Notes: generated from the letters alone by a model not told the origin. A stretch of DNA of 49,047 nt from Klebsormidium nitens (GCA_000708835.1 DF237588.1:1-49047); one strand, 5' to 3'. Positions 24,831-37,489 are shown, counted from the stretch's first letter. Program-made: numbers and translations.

Positions 24831-25386
24831 GGGAGTGCGACAAAAAGTAGAACCAACCGAGCCCACAGTCGGGGTCAGTGTCTTTTCAAAGGACCGCGTT
24901 TCAGGTGGTTAGTGTATGTACGCCGGGCGGCCTGAGAGCGACTAGAGTGGGGGGAGAGTGGGCGTCGGCGAAAAGGGGGGAAGAAGCGGGGGTGAAGAAG
25001 CGTGTAGCTGGTCAGGGCACAGCGTAGAAAGGACAGTTTATACTGGAAGTGTAACTATCGTATAAGTGGGCGACGACGAAACACTGGGTTGTAGGAGGGA
25101 AGCTAAGTAGGGGTCAGCTCCTAGTACACTAGAGCTCCGACTTGGACGTGCAGCCCCTTGGAGCCTGTGCAATCAGCCTGGGAAGTTACTGTCCATAGAA
25201 CTCCGACAGACGATCGCTATACGATTTCAAACCGACGAGGTCGCAATACGATAATTGCCATCTGTCATGGTGCCTGCTTCCGTTCAAACGAAGCCGTACA
25301 CAATCATTGAATGAGCTGTTGCTTCGTGAATGATTCAACAGGACCCTGTGCCGTGCTTGGATGCCATGTTGACATGCGTCTTAAAC

Positions 25387-25419
25387 TGATTGATTGATGG
25401 CTTGATTGATTGATTGATT
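25387..25419. repeat. interrupted (TGAT)n microsatellite
   Basis: tgattgattgat ggct tgattgattgattgatt. Confidence 0.8.
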
Positions 25420-26349
25420 TTGTTAGATAGAAACGCGTCAACTGCGTCCCAAAGACGTACAACGCTGCTCGTGGGCGTCCCCTCCGCCAAATCAAGCCGG
25501 TCTGACTCGTATCTGATATCATGCCGTTGATTTCAACTATTGCCGGCCATCAAATCATTTGCATACGCAAAATAGAGCTAGCTGGCTTTGCACGTTCAAA
25601 GATGCTTCGTATAGACGTGTACAAAGTTGTCGAAAAAGCATTAGACATGGAGCCGGGGTCTTGCGAGAAGCAGGCCGTGCTATTTATGCATGCATCTAGT
25701 AGCCTTTTCCAGGCTCACCCTCATTCAACTACAATTACTGTCTGCACATATTGCGCTCCATAACCATGCTTGTCTACGTGGATTTTCAGCAGCCTTGGCG
25801 GGTCAGAGGCAAAGCCCTTGCCGCCCCAGCGGGGCGGCCAGCTAGCATTGCTTTATGCAGGATCGAAGCAGCACGTAGTCCACCGCTGTGGCAATAGCAA
25901 AACAAGCTCAGCTGTCACGGTCCAAGCATCTGGTAAGATATGCTGGCTGCAGAAATCGACTGTTCGTCGAATGCGTTTGTTGACGTCATCAATCCAACCC
26001 AGGCTTGCTACCGCATCAATCAACCACTCATTCAAGCCTGGCAACCGGATAGCAACTTAAAGGTCATCGGATGTCGATTGTGGCGAATCGTATGTGATAA
26101 GCAACTTATATTTTGTCGATTCTATTCAGCACCACGTCCGGTCAGCACAGTGATTTAAGTGTCGAATCATGCCACCACGCCGGCCCAAACCTGCCTGCCA
26201 GGGCCTTCACACGTCCATCTATTATACTAAGAACCAGTACATTTCATCCTACTTTACTGTTACCCGGTTCGATGCTAGCTTCGCCGCATGCGGCAGAACT
26301 GTTTCAGCGCTGGCAAACGCCTTCTACTGAAGCCAGCCGAGGGCTCAGG

Positions 26350-27690
26350 CGCGCAGCGCCTCCGCGGCCGCGACGAGCCCCGCCTCGCGGTCGGCCACCT
26401 CCGCGCACAGGCTCAGCAGCTCAGGCTTTCACCTACCAACTAGAGCCCACAATCTAGGGCCAGTGACTTATATCTGCAATGGATGGCACCCGGTTTGGGA
26501 AAGAGGCTGAGAGTCCACGTGGATGATCCAGCACAGGCTGCCCGCTGAGGACCCATAGAGCGCTTCCACCTCTGCTCGGATCTTCACTTCGACGTCTGCT
26601 CGAACCTCAAGAGCCGTTCCGTTGAGAAGTTTGGACTCTCGATGCTCGGCTTGATCAATGAGCGCGCCACCTGCAAGATAGAAAAGGGTCGATTCGAAAT
26701 ACTGTTATCACTCACTCCACTTGCAAGGGGGACATGTAGCAGCGCAACGAGCACTTGACATACTTTGGATTGCAGCTGTTCGAGACGGCTTTAGCCTATT
26801 TTCAGCCTCTTCACCTGCAAACGTGACTGCGTCAGCTGCCAAGGACTTGGACAAGACTTTCGATCATATGCGGCAGAAGCTCAAAACTGATCCAAATTAG
26901 AATCTTGCAGAGGTTACGTGCACATACACTTCGGAGAGCTCAAAAGATACATATCAATAAGAGGCGGGCCCAGCGTAGAGTGAGGGAAGCAGTGTCTGCC
27001 GTTCCCATCAATCTGCACCGGGCTTGCTTCTGGTTACCCTATATCGTGAAAAAACCAAAGAGAATTGGAAACATAAACACCTACAACAGTGAATCTGATT
27101 TCTGTGGTTCTTATCGTAGAGCGGACAGTGACTGTCCATCCAATCCCGGTTCCGCGCGGCGCATCGAGCGTCGCAAAAAGGACCGCGGAACGTCGGTCGA
27201 AAATCGACGGCAAATTCGTAAACAAACCCTTGATGCCGATTTTAAAGAGCAAAACGACATTTCCGTTGAGAGGAAAAGGTCGTTGAAGGCCATAGTGCTG
27301 GCTCGGAACGCATGCACGTCAAATTGCTCTCGACTATTTCGAATCACTTCGCACCTTATCCTGCAGCTCGCCTAGGTGACACCCACCTGTGATATGGGGT
27401 AGCCTTCCAGTATTAGCTGTGGAGAAGTGGCGGCCCAACATTGGGCCCGAGTATACAGTGTGTAGCTCGTCGGGGCGCCCGAAGAAGGGGTTCTCCTCCT
27501 GCAAGTAGTTGGAAACGCTCTCCTCCAGCAAGCTCTACAAGCGGCGAAAGACAAATGTTGTTAGAAACGATCAAAAGTTGTATAAAACGATCCGCGGATT
27601 GAGAAATAGCAGATTCTTGGACTAAACGTTCAGCAACCAAATGCCTATCAAGTTCTACCCCTAAGAACAAATCTTCAAGATCCCTCAATA
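26350..27690 (-). pseudogene. fragmentary multi-exon gene of unknown function
   Basis: Phase-compatible GT-AG exons 27534-27387 (SLLEESVSNYLQEENPFFGRPDEL...), 26814-26764 and from 26670 (GALIDQAEHRESKLL...). Start and end are not resolvable. Confidence 0.3.
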
Positions 27691-28012
27691 AATGAAATCA
27701 GCTTGAGCTTGCACGCAGTCCTGCATGTTGCAGAGCCGTGGTCAGCACTGAAACCGGACAGAAGAAAGGTTTCAATTGCTCGTCAAGAAGCGCGCCGTCG
27801 ATGCAGCCTGGAGCAAAAGATTACTATCAACGCGCAGAACATTGCCCGTGTGGTACACTGGAAGGCCTGCGGACTGTCAGAGACCGATTGTCAAAGAGGC
27901 ACGTGATCCGCTTCTGGGCACGTCAAGAACGGAAACAGAACAGAGCGGAACGGAACTGCACCGGAAAGCTTATGAGGCCAGAACAGAAACGCCAGTAAGC
28001 AGAGTAAAATAC

Positions 28013-28560
28013 TGTGACGAAGTCGGTACACAGTTACTACACACGAATCGTCACACTATTCTCCCCTCCGGGGGAGTTCGCAGAACGAGAGAAGAAAAAT
28101 AATCGGATGATATCAGATCGTGGCTGGTCGACTTGCCCTCTCGAAGAAGGAGAAACGTCGATACACAATTCAGATGTAAAACAAGAAAACAAAAGTAGCG
28201 AAAGTATCAGAGGGTGAAAGACGCCAGAATGACGTCATAGCTGAGGTATTAGACTGCCAGCAAACTGCCGGATGGACAGTTTCAAAACTGTCGGAATGAC
28301 AGGATGGCAGTTCATTAGAACCTGATAACAAAAAGACAGGGTATCAGACAAAGAGCAAGCTACTTCTGTCGAAGAGACACTGTTTGCAGTCATCACAACC
28401 AGTTAACCGCCGACAGAAACGGATGGTATGGTCAGAATAGAATTTACAGCGATGTGGATCGGACAACGACCTATGTTACACTCTCACACCGAGAGACGAT
28501 GTGTCGTCATATCCGACAGAAGAGAATAGAGCAGATCAGTCGTCCGCGGATTAGTCGACC
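28013..28560 (-). mobile_element. LTR-retrotransposon-like 3' end (3'UTR, polypurine tract, LTR start TGTGAC), copy 1
   Basis: Minus strand GGAGGGGAGAATAG (28069-28056) directly followed by TGTGACGATTCGTGTGTA. Shares blocks with 36020-36440, including the perfect 17-mer AACGGATGGTATGGTCA (28418 / 36279). Confidence 0.55.
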
Positions 28561-29846
28561 CATCCACTATTAATCGCCAAGGACGAGAAGGAGTCGTCAG
28601 CATTTCCACAACGGAGCAGAACGAAAGTATGGTATCAGAAGCAGGTGCATGATACTGATTTCAGAATCATGAGACTGATAGCCAACAAGCTTGAGTTAGA
28701 TTCAGGGGACCAACAGACACGGGACTCTGCTTTCTCAAGACATACGGACGCTACCGCACGGTTACAGCGACAATCGAAGAAGCAAGCAAGCGTTAGGCAA
28801 GATCTGGGAAGGGCCATCGCGCATATCAACAAATCAGAGGCCTGAATCAACGAGGCCTTGCGCAGTGTTCCTTACGTGGTCGTAACTTGGGACAAATTAG
28901 CGGTCTCTTTCTGCCGTGCTTGCTTGCGCAGAGCAGACCGCCTTTTGCTGCCTCTCACTGGCTGGATTGACGGCAGTGGCTGCGAGATTGCCCGTGGTGG
29001 GTGGCCGCGACTCGTAACACTCTCCAGAACCAGGTGCTGCAGCTTCCTGCAGGGAAACACAAGCCAGATGGAAGGCAAGCAATGCCATGCGAAGTGACTG
29101 CACCATTGAAAGCAAAGAAGACGAGCCCTCTAAAATGGACAATATCACGAACCGAAAAGAGTCATGACTATGCAAAGCGATCAGCCTCCAGCATGAAAGG
29201 GAGTCCCAACTACTGGAAGAGATAAGATGGTGTAGGGGTCAGTTACCGACAACTGAACATTCTTGTGCAGATTTCTGCGCGCTTTCTCAAAATAATTATC
29301 ACTTCTGAATACCAAAGCAGTTGGCAGCACGCGTAAAGGGTCAGCTAGCAAGCAGATGTTTGTTGCAACCAGTTTACTTCTCAAAGCATGAGGGAAGCAT
29401 GAGTAGGCTGCTTGTAAGGCACTGCAACTGCCCGCATATGTAGCCACGAAACAAAAGATTGCTTGACAGCATTATGAATGGCAATCTCACTCTGGAAATT
29501 TGGTTATGAGAAGAACTTCACAAGAAGCATCTACCAAATCAACACTGCCGGATATTGTAACGCTGAAGCCGACCACATTACAGAAGAAAATCTCACAGAC
29601 GTGCCGTGCGCTGTGGCAGAGGCGTGCTGCGTGCTGGTGGCAGCTGTTGAAAATGCAATCAGAATGGGACTCACCAAAGGTAAGCGGGCCCTTTCTTTCT
29701 TGATCCCCATCCCTGCTTTGTGCGTGCCGCTCGCAGCGGAAGTGACTTGGCAAAGATTGTCCACCCGTGTAACGTCCAAGTGTTGTGGAGGGCCTTCTCG
29801 CCTGTGCCGGTCCAATTGTGCAGAACCTTGTGTACCCTGGGAAAAG

Positions 29847-30200
29847 CTAACCGCTCCCCCAACCAGTACTGCGGTCCTCCCAGCCAGAGGGAACAGGAGG
29901 TTCCTGCTCCTCGCCCACCGGCTCCTGCGGTGACTCCAGAAACAGAGCTGGGAACCTCTCCCTGTCAGTCTCCGTGTGCGCCCTGTGGAAGCCAGCCGTG
30001 TACCACGCTGACTGATGACCGTACAGATCTCTAGTGAGCCCAGGGAACCCCCACAGAGCACTCACTATGTCTTCACGCTGGTTCTCCCAGTACTGAGACC
30101 TCGCCTCCTCGCTGAAGTGCAGCTTGAGGTCATCAGCTAGGGCTTCCCGGATGAAAGCAAAGACACCCCTCAACAGGAAGGTGGAAGAGGGGATTTGCCA
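29847..30200 (-). pseudogene. C-terminal fragment of the 'ORF-A' family (paralog of 42471-43430)
   Basis: GVFAFIREALADDLKLHFSEEARSQYWENQREDIVSALWGFPGLTRDLYG aligns with GVFAFVREALADDLDLFFSAKAREEYWEEQRVGIVSPLWGFPWVTGDLYG. Both end in STGW. Confidence 0.85.
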
Positions 30201-30799
30201 GGCACACTGACAGCTCTGTAAGGGCGAATTAGCGAATTAGCGGATGCAATCCGCAGTGACGTCATTAGCGACATAGCGCGGGGAGCGACGGGTTAGTAGT
30301 CGCCGGAATTTGACATCAGCGGATGACACGTGATACTATCTCAGCGACCAGACACCATCACTCTCCGCTTAGTGGTCGCTAACGCGGATGCATCCGCAAA
30401 CGCCCGTAGGTTGAAGATTGATGAATGGGCGAAACTTTGACCGTTCGATTATACTTCAGCTGTATCATCGGAGCATCATCTTGATGATCCAGAGTTTTGA
30501 GTTCGGCGCGCTGTTCATGTTTTTTGCCGACGTGGTGTAATCGACGGTTCTGTTTTTTTCTTTTTGAGAGAATATTTCTGGCCACAAGCAGCTCGTTGTT
30601 GGAGTCTACTGACTGGCATACGCTAACTGGCAAATTCGTAGGCTATTATCGAATAGGATACAGGTAGAATGCGATAATACCTTTCCGGGGGGGGATATAA
30701 GCCATGTACCATCGGGGTGCCATCGCGCCCCCCGTCATCAAGTAATTAGAGTTGGACTCTGCCTATTACCCCCAAGTCGTTTGCAAATATTCAATCTAT

Positions 30800-33630
30800 G
30801 CTACGGTCCGGCTCATTCGAAGTGCAGAAATTGTCAGTCGCCCTCTTTCGGACTGATCTCAGCACAGTTTGCAGGAGGTCAGATCCAGGCCCAGGGCGCA
30901 GGCCCATATTCACGAGTGAATCAGCCAGGGTGTGCACTGTGGTGCTCTTCTCCTTCCGGGTCTTCGCCTTCTGGTGTTAATAGCCTTTGTCCCAAAGTGT
31001 AGGACGGAGTGGCAGGGATCGTGTGGTGAAGCCAGGGAGGTTGTTTTGTTGATCGTTGCCTGACGTTTAGCTGCAATCCCAATCATATAAGGCGGGAGCA
31101 GCCTTTTGCCAAGATCAGATTGAGGGGCAGCTGGGGATGCCAGCTTGCAAAGTCCTCTTCTGACATTTTGCAGCAATCTCCATCATTTTAGCAGGGAGTC
31201 TCCGCTTGCCGAGCGTGCCTTTGGTCCCAGCTGGGGCTGTATTGGGCCCTGTTGAGACAGGTAAGGGGGTTGTATTGGGATTCAGATTGATGTTTCTCAA
31301 TGCTTTGGATGCGTCCACATGCCTTACACCAATGCTGGGCTGGTCGTCCAATGTGATGGATGTTCTGTGATTGCTCGGCATGTTTTTGGTCGCTAAATCA
31401 CGTGTGCCATGCAAGTTTCTGTCGTCTGAACTGGTTTTTTGTTATCATTTCGGTACCGGGACAACCAGATTGTCCTGTAGGAGGTGATGATCAGATGATG
31501 TAACTTCTTTGCAGTGCGGAGTGCGCTTGTGTCATCCAGTCTTGGAGGGCTTTTGGAAGCTGTCCCCCTGAGCGGTACCGTTCATTCCTCACAGAAGGGT
31601 CTAAAATTGTGTCCTCCAGAAAGGTTCGAATCTCGAACATGGCACCCGAGCTCGTCGGATGGATTTTGCACATTTCTGCAGGAGTACAGTCCGGGCTTCG
31701 GCAGTGTATGGGCATCGGAAGAACAGGTGCTCGAAGCTTTCATCTGCCCCCTCGGTGCAGAGGCAGCAAGTACTGTCAGGAAAAAGTTGCGGTCGTACCA
31801 CCTGGAGTCTATGAAAGGTAGGGAGAGTTCGTGCATAAATCTGGACCATAAAGTATCTGATAGAGCGACCCCTTTTGCCATGCATAACGGAGACTGATGG
31901 GCTTTCCCATATGGACAAGTCGAAGAGGTACTCGTGGAACTGTCCTTTCTTGTGAAAGTGTAGTTTCTTTTCCTCGTAAGTTTTCAAGTATAAGTTGAAA
32001 GGATTGTTTTCGTACTTTGAACTGCCGGTTGACGTCATCTGTCCATCTACCATGACTGACATACAGGGAAGGTGCTTTCGCTCATCCGGTATGTTCGGTG
32101 GGGTCGAACCAGCTACTCGTTGGTGCAATCTCGTCTGCTACTTTATTGTGTTCCTGATGTTGCTCTTTTTCTGTAAGGGAATGAGTCGGCTGGTTGTAAC
32201 CAGAGACCGTTTGAACTCCGCATCCGTCGTTGACTCTTTCGTGGGCTTTGACATGGACTATGGTGGTAGCACCGCTTCTTCAAGACATTTCATCCAGAAT
32301 CGGGAGTAGGAGAGACCTGTCTTTGAGGCTTCGGAGTTGATGAGGATGCAGTGGCAGATTTCTAAACTTGTTGATCTGATCAACCAGTGGTTTTCGGTCA
32401 CAGTGGATGGTGAGTGCAGTTTCTTGACGGGCTAGAAGGAGGGCAGCAAGCATTCCAAAATCCTCTGCTCTGGCAATATTTTGGAGGCCAGGGATGCGGG
32501 AGCTGATCCTTTTATATTCTTCTCCTGGTTGCAGTTCAGGGAAGTAGACTCCGAAAGCGGCTCTAGTGCTTCCGTCGGTTGCGCTTCCGTCAGGGTAAGC
32601 GACCAGAAGAGTGTGTTTAGGAAAACGCTCCCAGTGAGTGCTGCTCTCGTTGATTGCTCTCGGCATAAAGGCGCTGTGTTCAGACAACAACATTTCAACT
32701 CAAAGCCGCGTCAAAATTCTTAAAGGCGAAATCGTGCCTGGCTTGCTCCCGGGATCTTCAAGTCATCATGCAGGATTGACCTCAACCTTGCGTTGTTTAC
32801 CTGGGGGGTTTGGAAGATTTCGTCCGGTTTTAAGTATGGGTCGTCCTTTTTGTGTCTCCCAGTTTTCCTGGGGAACCGAGGAACTTGGAAGCAGAGGCAA
32901 ACTCAATCAACTCGCTTCATCAACGACCGGCTTGCCGCCATGCCTGTACCCTTGCCAAAGTGCATCTCGTGGTGTCCTGACGGACCCGTTAGACTGACGT
33001 ACAGCACGGAGGAAGCAGCATATTGTCGGGGGTTGAGGGTGGGGTACTGCTTTAGGCGCAAAATATCTCAAATCCCAGCTGTGCAAGAAAACTGGCTAGA
33101 GGGAACAATAATGAGCATCACCAAAAGTGATTTGCTTGAGATAACAGTGACCAACACCGGAGCGGTTTGGCAATGGGAGAAGTCATCCGGCAAGGCAATT
33201 TTGGACGACGACTGGTGGAAGGTTCATCACCTTGATTGGAGGAGAGTCGTCAGGCAGTTTGTCCCGGATGAGGGGCTTGGGATAATCGATGAGGCTATGA
33301 TTCTGGCAAAGGTGGCAGAGCTGCCCGCTTGGTTTCCTTGGTTCAGCCGGAAGCTCTGCATATCTAGGAGCAGACAAGAAGATTTCGACTTTTTTGCCGC
33401 AGAAAGCATTCGTCGAAGAGCGGGCTTGACGAAGATTAGCGACCTCCCCATATGTCTCCTTGAAGCCCTTATTAAGGAGAGGCAAGATCTTATAGGTGCA
33501 ATAATATTGGACCACTACAGGCAGGAGTGACGCAGGTTTTTGGAAAAGATCACTTCTCTGTGCTGTGTAAGAAGTTTGGATGGTACTGCAAAGCCTCCCT
33601 TCTCATTGAAAAGTTTCTATTTGCGCATGA
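30800..33630 (-). mobile_element. decayed non-LTR retrotransposon 3' part: post-RT region, RNase H, CCHC (zf-RVT-like)
   Basis: NEKGGFAVPS (~33610). RNase H YPDGSA..AAFGVYF..RIPGLQNIARAE..IHCD, then after a TGA IVHVKAH..HNKVADEIA. Then CCLCTEGADESFEHLFFRCP (31601-32128). Several stops and frameshifts. Confidence 0.85.
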
Positions 33631-34636
33631 GTTCCTATAATCAGAAGCCAGGGCTATAATATAGATCGTACGTGCCTTAGGCGGGCTCAATGGTGCCTAG
33701 TAATGTCATCATGATCATCATGGCGCACGCAATCTTAATCAGACGTCTTGCAAGCAGCCGCCGGAAGGCCCACGCCAAGTGAGCTTGCAACATGATGGAA
33801 CATCATATCCAATTCTATAGATGTCTGACCATATTTGAGTTTGGCGCGATACTAGGTACTTGGCACGCAGTGACATTAGATCCGAGGACTACAAGCCTCA
33901 AGGTCGTATGGCATCGAGCACAATTACACCATTGAATATACACACTTTAACCAAATGTATAAGTGCAGCCTGTTCTCGTCGAATTTTGTAGGTCACTTCT
34001 GAGCTGTCAGATCCAGCACGTGTAGCAAGTGTCAAAACATTACAAGTCACTCACTTGCTAAGTTGCTACTTTGCTACTGTATCAAGTCCATCTGCATAAT
34101 TCTAGGCAACTGGGATGGGGTCGAAACGTGAACGCCGCCCAGGTATGTACCTACCTAGCTATAACTAAATAAATAGCTAAGCTTGAATCTCGACATTCAA
34201 CACACTCCGCTTTGCGCATGGTGTGAATGCGCAGATTTGGGGCCCGGCCCAGGGTCTGGGCCGCCGCACGGCGCGCGGCTTTCGCGCTGCGACAAGGAGC
34301 GCAATCGCCGAGCGTCCAATGCTATCCATCGACCGTGGCGGCCAACTGCATCAAGGCTAATTTCCCGCGCTATTTTCACGCCCTGCCATACCTAATACCG
34401 TATCTTGCCTTCTAGCACCTACAGGCTACCTACCTTGGTACCGTACTTAAGGTTTAAAAAGGAGGACGTCATCGTCTTGAGATTGGATGGAGCGTCTCAG
34501 ACAAGCGGTGATCACAGTGTCCAGCATAGGTACGGTGTCTGGGCACAGGTCTGCAAGCGACCAGAGCCTGAGATCAAGGCCTCCGCATTTGAAACGCCCC
34601 ACGTGGCAGGTGAGCCAGCTCACTCCCAGGCTAGGT

Positions 34637-34984
34637 ATGGCTCCCCCCCGAAAAGTACCCTGTCAAACAGCGAAAGAGCCTGAGACTGGTTGCAATTATT
34701 GCGGAGCTTCCCTGGGTGGAAAGGATCGAGTGTTCTGTGAGTGCAAGCTGTATGGATTTTGCAGTGAAAGCTGCAAAGAAAAGCACACGCCAATGCACCA
34801 GCAGAGCGGGATGTGCAAGGAGAGTAAAACTTTCATGATGGGCATAGGCGGCTGCCAAAAGTGCCAAAATGGGGAAATCGTGGTGATACTGCTGAAGGTA
34901 GCTAATGAATCCAGGCACCTCACCAAAAAGGTTGCCTACGTTTTTTGCCCGATTTGCAAGAAGCAGCCCGGAAAAGGTGCGTGA
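34637..34984 (+). CDS. small Cys-rich protein with a MYND-like zinc finger plus two extra CxxC pairs (115 aa)
   Basis: CNYCGASLGGKDRVFCECKLYGFCSESCKEKHTPMHQQSGMC, then CQKC...CPIC. ATG at 34637, TGA at 34982-84. Confidence 0.65.
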   Translation: MAPPRKVPCQTAKEPETGCNYCGASLGGKDRVFCECKLYGFCSESCKEKHTPMHQQSGMCKESKTFMMGIGGCQKCQNGEIVVILLKVANESRHLTKKVAYVFCPICKKQPGKGA

Positions 34985-35332
34985 CTCCACAAAGTTGTGA
35001 TGCTCCGAATTCATCAAAGTTGTCTTTCGTTCCTGGCGATGCAAGAAAGGAGCAGACTAGCAGGTCCCTTTGAATCAAGGCCGATTTTCAAAAGACAGCC
35101 TTCTGGAAACAGGTCACGCAGTAGCTCATCCTGTATTCCTGGATGCAACACCACATCCCCTGCTTCCGCAATACTAGAGTGAAACTGAGTTGACAGGTTT
35201 CTTGCTATGGCCATGGTGCCCCATTGATATGCCCCAAAAATTTCTGAAGTCCTAAAAATTGTTACAGGCTTCAGTACAGCTCCGCAGGATGTGATGCAAT
35301 CCCTTTCTATTTTGCTCTCAAAATAACCTCAG

Positions 35333-35894
35333 GCCTGGATTGGATGCAGCTGAGGCAGAGGTGGCTGCTAAAGAAGCCGGCGCTCCATTGCCGTCAGCAG
35401 AAGGGGAGAGTCTGTGCTGTGGAAGTTGTGGTGCGACAGCTTTTGCAACAAAGGGCATCCATCTGAGTATCAATGGGGAGCTCAACAGGATTTCACTATA
35501 TCATTGTGGCTCCCAATCAACCTTCTTGGACATCCCCAGCCACTTCTACAATGGCAGAGACCGTGAAGGCCCGCAGGTGGATTTCAAGGGTTTCGAGGAT
35601 CTGCGCCCTTACGACTTCATTGGTCGCAAGCGGCAGCGGTTACTAGCATTTTGGGTCCCACCTCGGGGACACTGGATGTCCTCTGACAAAGAGGTTCAAG
35701 CGCTGCCCTTTTTGGTTTGCCGTGGTTGCGATAGCGATTGCAAGGATTACTTATTCGTTGAATTGGCTCGGAGTGGGGCTCTTCTTCTGGACAGCCTCGT
35801 ATTGCATAAGTTGTTCGTTAGGTGGGACTACACCTACGTAACCAAAAGCATTGACCATGTACGGACGTTGTACAATAAAAAGAAGGAGGATTGA
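35333..35894 (+). CDS. terminal exon of an unknown protein (CxxC motifs)
   Basis: 184-codon open frame after the acceptor AACCTCAG at 35332. CCGSCG and CRGCDSDC motifs. Upstream exons unresolved. Confidence 0.45.
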
Positions 35895-36019
35895 AAGGAG
35901 TTCGAAGAATTAGGCCGGGCAAAGATCTTCAGACCAGCAATTGTAAGTTTGTGATCAACATACATCATGCATCAGCTCGCGGGTGTTCTGACATCGATCA
36001 TGAATTCCAGAGAATGTAG

Positions 36020-36440
36020 TGTGACGTTCCACGCATGAATGCACACGAATTCGCATGGCATGGCACCACATAGCACCACATGGCATGGCATAAAGTTCAC
36101 AGGCATGAATACACACGAATTGTCACACTATCCTTCCCTCCGGGAGGAGTCGCATAACGAGAAAGATTAAAAGGAGTCCAGAAACATGAATAAGAAAGTA
36201 TGAGAGGTGCATGTCAGACCGCACATAAACGACTTCTGTCCGTCGGACGGAAGGGGCGGCTTATCATGACCCGAAAGGAACGGATGGTATGGTCATGCAG
36301 CATGCAACAGAACATGAAACAACAATAGCGAATTAGGCAACGAACTGCCACGAATCACACTCATTTGGGAGGGCCTTGAAGCGTCGTCGTATCCGCAGAA
36401 ACAAAAAATAGAAGCAGCGTCAGATCGACTTGTAGATCAG
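36020..36440 (-). mobile_element. LTR-retrotransposon-like 3' end (PPT + candidate 108-bp LTR TGTGAC...GTCACA), copy 2
   Basis: Minus strand GGAGGGAAGGATAG (36141-36128) then TGTGACAATTCGTGTGTA. 36020-36127 is bounded by the inverted TGTGAC/GTCACA and has an internal duplication GCATGAAT(G/A)CACACGAATT. Homologous to 28013-28560. Confidence 0.55.
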
Positions 36441-37489
36441 TGTGGATCAGACTAACGTCCTATGCTACTCTCGGTCGGAGCGGAGAGCGGAAGCGTCGTC
36501 ATATCCTGGCACGTACCCGAAGCCGAGTCAGAGGTAACGGATAAGGCAAGGAAGAGAGAGACAGCAGACAGAGTGGTCAGAAGAGTAAAGCCAGGAACGC
36601 GCCTTCGCGCCTTCGTAAAGGGTGGACAATCTTGCTCATCCTGGCAACTAATTACCCGTAACCCGACCACACTGTAGACTCTGCATCTGGACACCTCGTG
36701 GCAGTGATCATGCTGACTTTGTCTCTCATGATGTCAATTCGATAACAATTACAGAGACTGTTTTGGTGGCTGCAACATCCGCCTACTGTAGCTTCAATAT
36801 TGGCACCCACCCAACTAATCATCCACATGCTCTTCCGAATATCTCCGCCCCTTTCTCGTCTTCTCCAACAACAACGGATCGGTCGAGTAGTACAAGGACT
36901 CAGTGCATCTTTTCAGTGCCTGCAAGTTTGAGAAAGATGACTTTTATACGTCCTCAACTTGAGTGCAAGGTTGATCGCTCTAGAAAGAACAGGTTCAGGA
37001 CGAGAGCTTGCGAATCAAGATCAATTTCAAGGCTCGAGTGCCCTCGGTCAGCCATTTCCTCATTCGACTAATGACGTTAGCTGACGTCACATCAATGACG
37101 ACTGAACCGAATTCCGCGCCGCGCCTACTGTTGAGCTGCCCTGCAGCAAGTGACATCCATGACTTGTTGACGAAAGAACCAATTCGTTGAACAGTCGCCC
37201 ACGTCCAGAACGTCCTCAGCTCGATTAAAGAGACCCCCACTGAAGTTCAAAAAGCTCATGTCGAGCAGCCCGTCTTGCAGCATGAGACAAAGCATTCACA
37301 ATCTGAAATTCAGCATTGAACGCTCTAAGCAAGCAACTAAGGATCAAATGGGCTCTTCCTTAAGGCCAGAGGGAGAAAGCTCTCAACATTATTCCCACAA
37401 GCTCGTCAACCTGATAACAATACACTCCAGAACGGAAGAGTTGAAACGCAAATCGCTAAAAGACTGACAAGCTTTTTGATCACCGTGTC

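Noticed and set aside
25853-26044. HILPDAWT resembling a hAT 'TTDxWT' motif
   Set aside because: A single weak motif with no supporting downstream residues.
28630-28639. TGGTATCAGA resembling a tRNA-iMet primer-binding site
   Set aside because: Not preceded by an LTR ..CA end, and on the opposite strand to the PPT. GTATCAGA recurs locally as a simple motif.
31623-31632. GGTTCGAATC B-box-like sequence
   Set aside because: Inside LINE coding remnant, with no A-box or cloverleaf.
32793-33530. 245-aa plus-strand ORF
   Set aside because: Antisense to the decayed LINE ORF2 with no recognisable domain, so most likely incidental.
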